A stretch of DNA of 64,000 nt from a virus. Shown here piece by piece: positions 57,753 to 64,000 of the stretch (position 1 is the first letter of the stretch; each line of letters begins with the position of its first letter). The notes under the pieces were generated by a model, which searched no databases, had not been told where the DNA came from, and saw nothing but the letters and a program-made list of their open reading frames with translations. The stretch lies in the IMG/VR virus record IMGVR_UViG_3300048588_000891, positions 3,563-67,562 of that record. The stretch is one strand, 5' to 3'. The translations under genes were made by a program, and so were the position numbers.

Positions 57753-58958
57753 GTGTCCTTTGCTCTCAATCAAATTCTAAATTCACAGTGGGCCATGACA
57801 GAAGAGGCTTTGCGCCTGATGCTGTCGGTCGTGGAAAAACACAGCGAGACCCAGGCCCTCGAAAAAATTCGAGGGGACCGTCTCAGAAACACTGAAAAAG
57901 CCAGCATCCGGGGCGGGGTGGGTATCATCCCGGTCCGTGGTCCACTCTTCAAGCGCGCAAACCTGATGACCGATCACTGCGGCGCGACAAGCTACGATAC
58001 AGTGCTTCGTGACCTCCATCAGATGCTGGCATCGGATCAGGTCCGAAGCATCGTCCTTGACATCGATAGCCCCGGCGGCGAGGCCAATGGCTGCTCAGAG
58101 CTGGCCGACCATATCTTTGAGGCCCGTGGCCAAAAGCCGATTGCAGCATATATCGGCGGCACTGGAGCGTCCGCAGCCTACTGGATCGCCAGCGCCTGTG
58201 GCCGCGTCTTCGGCTCCGACTCCTCAATCATCGGAAGCATCGGCGTTCAATCCGCGCTCAGGTCAGAAAAAAACGAAGGGGAGATCCGCTTCGTTTCCAG
58301 TCAAAGCCCCAATAAAAATCGTGATCCTGCAACCGAGGATGGCGCCCGGGAGGTGCAGGCCGTCATTGATGGCCTCGCTGAAGTCTTCATCTCAAAAGTC
58401 GCCCGCAACCGCGGTGTCGGCCGCGAAACGGTCCTCGAAAAATTCGGCCAGGGGTCGGTCTTTGTGGGAGCGGAAGCAGAGAGGCGGGGTCTTATCGATG
58501 AAATTACGACACTTGAAAGCGTCATTGCCAATTATGGAGCCCAAGGAATGACAACGGAAAGCATCACGGCGGAATATATCGCCGCAAATCACCCGGCGAT
58601 TGCCGAGCATTTCATTAACATCGGAGCGTCGAGGACGCTTGCAAGATTCGAGGCGGAACAAAAGCGCGTTGCCGGCATCCGGTCGCTTGCCGAAGGACAG
58701 GTTTCAGAGGACTTTGTAGAGGCCCTTATCGAGCGGAACCTCAGCTGTCAGGAGGCGGCTGTGGAGATCCTCCAGGCAATCAAACGAAACCCGCCAAAGC
58801 CCAAAGCTGATCCAAAAAAGGAGTTTGACGCTCACTTTAAGGGACTCGACGTGCCGCCCATTCCGTCCGCTGATTCCACTTCTGAGCTAGCCGCGCAGCA
58901 GGATGCAGCCATTCTCCTGGCAAGAAAAATGGGAATCACAGGAGGCATGGTCCCATGA
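57753..58958 (+). CDS. S49-family head maturation protease/scaffold (lambda gpC-like)
   Basis: DIDSPGGE, ASAAYWIAS, GSIGV, VARNRG. Confidence 0.95.
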   Translation: MSFALNQILNSQWAMTEEALRLMLSVVEKHSETQALEKIRGDRLRNTEKASIRGGVGIIPVRGPLFKRANLMTDHCGATSYDTVLRDLHQMLASDQVRSIVLDIDSPGGEANGCSELADHIFEARGQKPIAAYIGGTGASAAYWIASACGRVFGSDSSIIGSIGVQSALRSEKNEGEIRFVSSQSPNKNRDPATEDGAREVQAVIDGLAEVFISKVARNRGVGRETVLEKFGQGSVFVGAEAERRGLIDEITTLESVIANYGAQGMTTESITAEYIAANHPAIAEHFINIGASRTLARFEAEQKRVAGIRSLAEGQVSEDFVEALIERNLSCQEAAVEILQAIKRNPPKPKADPKKEFDAHFKGLDVPPIPSADSTSELAAQQDAAILLARKMGITGGMVP

Positions 58959-59350
58959 ACTACGATCCACATTTTCGCGAAGTATCAAGATACGAGCCAA
59001 GGTTTCTTAATCGGGGCAATTTTCCCGCCTACCGGGGATCGGTAACGATCGAGAAGGGACAGGTTTTAAAAAAGGGATCAGTCCTCGGCAGAAAGACTGC
59101 CAGCGGCAAGCATGTCCTTTGCTCAAAAACGGCTGAGGATGGAACCACGGCTATTTCCGATGGCAGTGAAAAGGCCCGCTGCATTCTTCAGATCGACATC
59201 GATGCCACGGCCGGCGATCGCTTCGCTCCTGTTTTCCGAACAGGAGCCTTCCTGCGCCTTGACCTCACAGTAGGCAAGGGTCACACGCTGGAATCGGTGG
59301 AGGATGATCTTGAAACGCACAACATTTATCTCGAAAACGGCGAGGACTAA
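58955..59350 (+). CDS. Head decoration protein (gpD-like)
   Basis: GQVLKKGSVLG...DGSEKARCIL..D.DAT; synteny. Confidence 0.88.
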   Translation: MNYDPHFREVSRYEPRFLNRGNFPAYRGSVTIEKGQVLKKGSVLGRKTASGKHVLCSKTAEDGTTAISDGSEKARCILQIDIDATAGDRFAPVFRTGAFLRLDLTVGKGHTLESVEDDLETHNIYLENGED

Positions 59351-59353
59351 GCC

Positions 59354-60382
59354 ATGACGCTGCCGATTTACAGCACTTATTATTTGAACCGGCTTATAAC
59401 ACGGCTGGTTCCAAGGACGAGATACTTCCGCGACCGTTTCTTCCCTGTGGAGATTCAGTCGGACAAGGAGGAGATCTACTTCGATGAAAACCAGGACAAC
59501 CGGATCGGTGCGGCTCCCTTTGTGCATCCTTTGCTCGAAGCGCCAATGTTCAGGGACGAAGGCTATTCGACCAAATCCTACAAGCCGGCCTACATCAAGG
59601 AAAAGACCGGCATCACGTCCGAGGATGGAAACGACCGTCTTCCCGGTGAGGATTTTGGCGGCGAGTATACCCCGATGCAGCGCGCAGAGTTGAGGCTCAT
59701 TCAAAAGACAACGCGGCTTTATGAACGCCTCCGCGTGCGCGAGGAGCTGATGGCTCTTGAGGTCGTAAAAACCGGAAAGCTTACGATCAAAGGTGAAGGC
59801 TTTGATACGGTGATCGACTTTAAAAGGGATCCAGGTCTCACCAAAAAGCTCACCGCTGACAAGGGCTGGTCCAATCCTGATTTTGCCATGACCACGTTCT
59901 TTGAAAGTCTCCAGCGCGAGATGGCATCGAAAAACCTGAACCAGTCGCGGCCGCGCAAGGTGATCATGGGCATTGAAGCTTTCGATATGTTCCGCGCGAA
60001 CAAGGAGGTTCAAAAACTCCTGCCCGATTACATGCGGCTCGCTTCGGACATTGGTCTTAAGCTGACGCCTCAGGACTCATCCTTTGAAAACCTTCTTTAT
60101 CGCGGAAACTTCGGCAATACCGAGATCTGGGTGCATGAAGGCAAAACCGATCAGAAAAACTACGACATCGCTCCGAAGGAGGTGCTCTTCACCTGCGAGA
60201 ATATCCAGGGCGTTCGGCACTACGGGGCCATCCGGGATCTCAAGGCGAGACTTGTCGCCCAGCGGGTATTTGTGAAGAGCTGGGAAATTGAGGACCCAAG
60301 CCAGCGGATTGTGCTCCTTCAGGCAGCGCCGCTCTTCGTTACCTATGATCCCAACACAGCCGCGCTTGTGACTGTTGCCTGA
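59354..60382 (+). CDS. Major capsid protein (lambda gpE family)
   Basis: FRDRFF...APFVHP...YKPAYIKEK...RE.LM...G...IDF; KSWEIEDPS...LQAAPL. Confidence 0.95.
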   Translation: MTLPIYSTYYLNRLITRLVPRTRYFRDRFFPVEIQSDKEEIYFDENQDNRIGAAPFVHPLLEAPMFRDEGYSTKSYKPAYIKEKTGITSEDGNDRLPGEDFGGEYTPMQRAELRLIQKTTRLYERLRVREELMALEVVKTGKLTIKGEGFDTVIDFKRDPGLTKKLTADKGWSNPDFAMTTFFESLQREMASKNLNQSRPRKVIMGIEAFDMFRANKEVQKLLPDYMRLASDIGLKLTPQDSSFENLLYRGNFGNTEIWVHEGKTDQKNYDIAPKEVLFTCENIQGVRHYGAIRDLKARLVAQRVFVKSWEIEDPSQRIVLLQAAPLFVTYDPNTAALVTVA

Positions 60383-60420
60383 AAGCGGACACTGGGGCAG
60401 CGTCAACCATTGAAAATCAT

Positions 60421-60448
60421 TAACTGAGCGTAATTTTGCGCTCAGTTA
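60421..60448. terminator. Hairpin after the major capsid gene
   Basis: TAACTGAGCG-TAATTTTG-CGCTCAGTTA; no long U tract. Confidence 0.45.
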
Positions 60449-60468
60449 GTACTGTGACAGAGTGCAGC

Positions 60469-60759
60469 ATGCCGATTCCTGAACTGTCTGAACCTTTCGA
60501 ACACGAGGGCCGTGAGTTTCATGCGGTATTTACTGAATTTGATGAAAAGACCGTGGGCTTTGAACCCGGACGCCTTACGCGGGTGATCCGGATCCTGGTT
60601 TTTGATGAGGATGCGGGGCTGATGAAAAGCGGCGATGTCATCAGGCGTCTCAGGACCGGCCAGACCTATTCGCTCAAGCCTAAAAAAATGTCCGGTGCAG
60701 GCCTTGTGGAGATTGATCTTCACCCGGTCGATGGACGAAGCGTGGAAAGAACATTCTGA
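60469..60759 (+). CDS. Head-tail joining protein (FII-like)
   Basis: Position after capsid; beta-rich with KSGDVI...GQTY. Confidence 0.6.
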   Translation: MPIPELSEPFEHEGREFHAVFTEFDEKTVGFEPGRLTRVIRILVFDEDAGLMKSGDVIRRLRTGQTYSLKPKKMSGAGLVEIDLHPVDGRSVERTF

Positions 60760-61230
60760 ATGCTGATGGAGATCCGAACCGAAATTGAACGTGCTCTGGG
60801 AAAAGCGCTTCCTGAATGGAAACGATTTTCCGCCCGCGTGCAAAGGATATCCGAAGCGGACCTTCCGTGTGTAAATATGTTCCTTCACAGGGATAGGCTG
60901 ATCGAGGAAGGCAATGGTCTTGAGCGGCGGCAGGTCATGATCGAAATCGAAGCCGGCTTTATCGTCAAGGCCGATGCCGAAGAGGAATTATCCGATCTGC
61001 GCGCCCGGATTGAGCATGGGGTGGAGTCGAGTGAGGCGCTCGCGCGGAAAGCCCTGAAGCTTCTTTTTATGAATGTGGAATATGCTCATGACATGGCGGG
61101 AAGCCAGCGCGTGGCAGTGCTCACGATGTCGGCGCGGATTGATTATGAGCGGCCGTATCCATGTCCGGCAGCCCAAAGCATAAATCCGGTCCTGAGTCCC
61201 ACCATCAACGGGGAGAAGGCCGATGGATAA
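60760..61230 (+). CDS. Tail terminator/completion protein
   Basis: DLPCVNM motif; synteny. Confidence 0.65.
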   Translation: MLMEIRTEIERALGKALPEWKRFSARVQRISEADLPCVNMFLHRDRLIEEGNGLERRQVMIEIEAGFIVKADAEEELSDLRARIEHGVESSEALARKALKLLFMNVEYAHDMAGSQRVAVLTMSARIDYERPYPCPAAQSINPVLSPTINGEKADG

Positions 61231-61819
61231 TGAGCTGGCGGTCCAGGATCTCTCTCGACGCATGGATAACCTTCTAAGGCCAGGGAAAATCCTGGCTGTG
61301 GATCATGATCGGGCCAGAGCCAGGGCAAGCCTTGGTGAGAATCTTTTCACAGCGTGGCTTCCTTATTTTGCCCGTCGCGCGGGAAATACGAGCGACTGGG
61401 ATCCGCCTGAACCCGGCGAACAATGCCTTGTTCTGTCTCCAGGTGGAGAGCTGGCCGGAGGCTTTGTCCTGACAGGGCTTTATTCATCGGCCCATCCGCC
61501 TCCAGCGAAAGCACCCAATCTCACGCTCAGAAAATATCCGGACGGCCTTGAGCTTTCCTATGACCATTCCGCCCATACCCTCACTATCGCACGGCCGGAT
61601 GATCTCATCGTGATTGTGAAAGGTTCGCGGATGGAGTTTTGGACGGACAAATTCGAGGTTTTCAGCAGGGCCAGGCTCGGGCTTATGAAGACGATCTCCG
61701 ACGCATTGAAGTCGATCAGTAAATCCAGGACTTCAACCATGATGGGACCTCAGCCCCTTTTGCCTTCCGCCACGGAATTGCCAGGGCTGATTGAAAAAAT
61801 TGATTTCTTTGGAGGATGA
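61223..61819 (+). CDS. Baseplate spike (P2 gpV-like)
   Basis: TAWLPY...RAG...WDPPEPGEQCLVLSPGGEL..GFVLTGLYS; YPDG..LSYD. Confidence 0.95.
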   Translation: MDNELAVQDLSRRMDNLLRPGKILAVDHDRARARASLGENLFTAWLPYFARRAGNTSDWDPPEPGEQCLVLSPGGELAGGFVLTGLYSSAHPPPAKAPNLTLRKYPDGLELSYDHSAHTLTIARPDDLIVIVKGSRMEFWTDKFEVFSRARLGLMKTISDALKSISKSRTSTMMGPQPLLPSATELPGLIEKIDFFGG

Positions 61820-61820
61820 T

Positions 61821-62009
61821 GTGCCGCTTCAGGGTTCTGAACAAAGGCTCGCAGACGCGCTCAAATCGGCAGCGAAATCCACGGATGGTGATGCGGACAG
61901 GGCCTGGGAAAAGGTCGCCGATGCGATTATCCGTCATATCACGGAGAACGCTATGGTCACAGGCACGACGCCGAGTGGCGGCCCGATCATGGAGGGAAAA
62001 ATCACATGA
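61821..62009 (+). CDS. Small hypothetical baseplate-region protein
   Basis: GGAGG RBS with GTG; VADAIIRHITENAMV. Confidence 0.55.
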   Translation: MPLQGSEQRLADALKSAAKSTDGDADRAWEKVADAIIRHITENAMVTGTTPSGGPIMEGKIT

Positions 62010-62317
62010 TGGGAATGGACGAGAGGACGGGAAAACTTATCAGTGGCGAAGCCTGGATCCGGCAGGCGGTGAGGCGGGCGATCAAAACCGGGAAGGGCTC
62101 GCGGCCGATGCTTCGCTGGTATGGGGTCAATCATCTGAAGTATCTCGCCCGCCAGATCACAGCTGGCTCGGTCCTGGATCTCACGGCGGACCTTTCCGAT
62201 AGCATCGAGGCCACGATTCCCGGGGCAAGGCTCCGAACGGTCATCGGCCAGGAAAACGGCGAGCGGATCAAGGTCTCGCTTGAACTTGAAACAAACAACA
62301 TCGAAGTGGAAGCATAG
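62006..62317 (+). CDS. Baseplate wedge (P2 gpW / gp25-like)
   Basis: GMDERTGK...IRQAV...T.KGSR.M.R.YG. Confidence 0.9.
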   Translation: MMGMDERTGKLISGEAWIRQAVRRAIKTGKGSRPMLRWYGVNHLKYLARQITAGSVLDLTADLSDSIEATIPGARLRTVIGQENGERIKVSLELETNNIEVEA

Positions 62318-62318
62318 G

Positions 62319-63158
62319 ATGCAGCTGCCCAAAATCATCGAAACGCCCGACTTTCAAAAAAGCCTTGAGGAAAACCTCGATCGCTTTACGGCTCTCGCCC
62401 GGGAGAAAATCCCCGGTTTTACAAGGCCGACCCCTGCGGATCCCGCCTACCATCTTCTGGTCGAGATCACGCTGCTTCGGGTCATCATAACGGAGAAAAC
62501 CAACGCAGCGGCTTATGCGCAGCTTATAAAGCTGTCAAACGACCTTGAGTTCATCTTCAAGGGCAAGCTCCGTCCGGGTGAGGATTACGAAGCTTTCCGG
62601 GCGAGAATGCGCGGCACAAGGTATCTCGCTTCGCCCGCAGGAACGGTGGCCATGTATAAGGCGCTCGCATTTCTTTATGGTGAGGCCACCCTTGGCACAG
62701 GAAGGGATACACGATCAGCTTCGGTCAAGGATGCCCATGTTCAGGTCTCCGGCGGGGCCATTCTTGTTCATGTGCTCGTGAGCAGCGAAGCGGCTGATCT
62801 CAAGACTGCTGTGGTTTCAGCCCTGACGGAAGCCTTCAAACAGGAAGGGGTCAAACCTGCACTGGATTCGGTGACATTCCGTGCGGCTCTCACAACGCCT
62901 TTTCCGATCGCCGCGACGATTTCCCTTATGCCTGGATTTGGCCAGGATCATAAGGCCACGATTGAGAAAAATTTCCGGGAAAGGTTTGAAGCCGAAAAGC
63001 GCCTCGGCTGGGTTCCGACCGTAAGCTGGATCATCAAGGAGCTGCACCAGACGGGCGTCCGGTCGGTGGTTCTGCGCTCGCCTGTCAGCAATATTCCCGT
63101 TCAGCCTGAGCGCTATGCTGTGATCTCCACACTCGATCTTTCAGTGGAGACGGCATGA
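62319..63158 (+). CDS. Baseplate J-like protein
   Basis: PKIIETPDF...ADP...EDYEAFRAR...AG....Y...VKPALDSV. Confidence 0.92.
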   Translation: MQLPKIIETPDFQKSLEENLDRFTALAREKIPGFTRPTPADPAYHLLVEITLLRVIITEKTNAAAYAQLIKLSNDLEFIFKGKLRPGEDYEAFRARMRGTRYLASPAGTVAMYKALAFLYGEATLGTGRDTRSASVKDAHVQVSGGAILVHVLVSSEAADLKTAVVSALTEAFKQEGVKPALDSVTFRAALTTPFPIAATISLMPGFGQDHKATIEKNFRERFEAEKRLGWVPTVSWIIKELHQTGVRSVVLRSPVSNIPVQPERYAVISTLDLSVETA

Positions 63159-63559
63159 TTGAGCCCATTTTCCGAAAGCTTTATCCATCATTCGATCCGC
63201 AGCCGATAGAGAACATTCGGCTTTATGCGGACCCTGAAATCAGGGAGGCCATCCTCTGGGAATATAGCCTTGAGCCGCTTCTCCCTTACGCTGTCGATCC
63301 CAAAAGGCTCGATGAGGATATCCAGGATTTCATGCGGCTTCATGGAACACTCTTTGCGATCCGGACGGCCATGCGTTGGGTCGGATTTTCAAATATCAGA
63401 TTCATTCCGCTTTCCCACTTTGAATATGAAGTCGATCCCGGCCGTATTCCATCCGAGCGGGAAATGGATGCCATTCGCGCCGCGCTTTTCGTATCAGTTC
63501 AGGCCCGCGGCAAGCTTAAAAGAATTTTTCATGGATCATTCGAGGTCAAATATGAGTGA
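63155..63559 (+). CDS. P2 gpI-like tail/baseplate protein (short)
   Basis: ILWEYSL...RLHGTLFAIRTAMRWVGF. Confidence 0.8.
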   Translation: MIEPIFRKLYPSFDPQPIENIRLYADPEIREAILWEYSLEPLLPYAVDPKRLDEDIQDFMRLHGTLFAIRTAMRWVGFSNIRFIPLSHFEYEVDPGRIPSEREMDAIRAALFVSVQARGKLKRIFHGSFEVKYE

Positions 63560-64000
63560 CGCACTTTATGTGCATGGAATCATCATCAGTCAGGCAACAG
63601 GCGAAGCCCAGGAAATCCGCTCGCCATCGACGAGTGTCGTTGGAATTGTCGGAACGGCACCGAGCAGCAAAGAGCTCGTGGTTAATTTTCCTGCAGCCTT
63701 CCTTGGAAAAAAGGCCGCTCTTGAAGCCATTTATCCTGAAGGGTCAACGGGCGACAGGGGAACGCTTTATGAGGCCGTGATTGGGGTTCAGGAGCAGGGC
63801 CTCGCGCGCATGGTGCTTGTGAAGTCAGCGTCAGGTTCCCAGGCCGACATTTTAAAGGCCATTGATGCCTTGCCAATGGCCAAATCGGTGACGGGCCATA
63901 AGCCCAAGATTCTGATTGTGCCCGGCTTTGGCAGTGAGATCACGCAGGACATGGTGAATCCTGCACCGGCACCAAACCCGACGCCTTCGCCCAATCCGAC
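63552..64000 (+). CDS. Contractile tail sheath protein (P2 FI-like), 3' truncated; not in the ORF track
   Basis: Manual translation MSDALYVHGIII...IRSPSTSVVGIVGTAP...GTLYEAV...VTGHKPKILIVPGF; open to the window end. Confidence 0.9.
   Translation, partial: MSDALYVHGIIISQATGEAQEIRSPSTSVVGIVGTAPSSKELVVNFPAAFLGKKAALEAIYPEGSTGDRGTLYEAVIGVQEQGLARMVLVKSASGSQADILKAIDALPMAKSVTGHKPKILIVPGFGSEITQDMVNPAPAPNPTPSPNP

Noticed and set aside
1-64000. Reverse transcriptase systems (DGR, retron), IS elements, tRNA/rRNA
   Set aside because: No RT or transposase motifs in the ORF track and no recognisable structural RNA genes seen by eye.

Overview
This window looks like most of a temperate phage-plasmid. It opens inside a tape-measure gene followed by P2-type tail genes (gpU/gpX/gpD), and closes inside a tail-sheath gene after a lambda-type head module (cos, terminase, gpW, portal, S49 protease, gpD, gpE) and a P2-type baseplate (V, W, J, I), so it is probably a permuted circle. 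No integrase is visible. Instead there is a ParA, an unusual repeat-containing wHTH partner, a 15-bp array and a primase-type Rep (5-10 kb). A second, lambdoid-type initiator with internal iterons and a UvrD helicase lie at 21-26 kb, and a RecE/Bet/SSB/RusA module with a GH108 endolysin at 30-35 kb. Accessory blocks: an AT-richer defence-like island (10-19 kb), two outer-membrane beta-barrels (one with a sigma54 promoter), and a ~14-kb cargo block with a sigma54 activator and about ten secreted proteins, including eight lipoproteins (proteases, MACPF-like). A Bdellovibrionota/Oligoflexia-like host is inferred, not shown. Main finding: two paralogous HTH regulators are each coupled to a secreted protein whose predicted mature N-terminus is a Gly-rich peptide (GSVGGGTPPAV; GGSAGGGGLGKQLQ). 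A third secreted protein is a concatemer of about 12 variants of this peptide, including near-copies of both. This is a candidate peptide-signalling (arbitrium-like) switch with a multi-signal precursor. Second finding: a candidate partition system whose 15-bp-periodic palindromic site is also written dozens of times into the adaptor gene itself. All calls come from motif recognition by eye; no searches were run.
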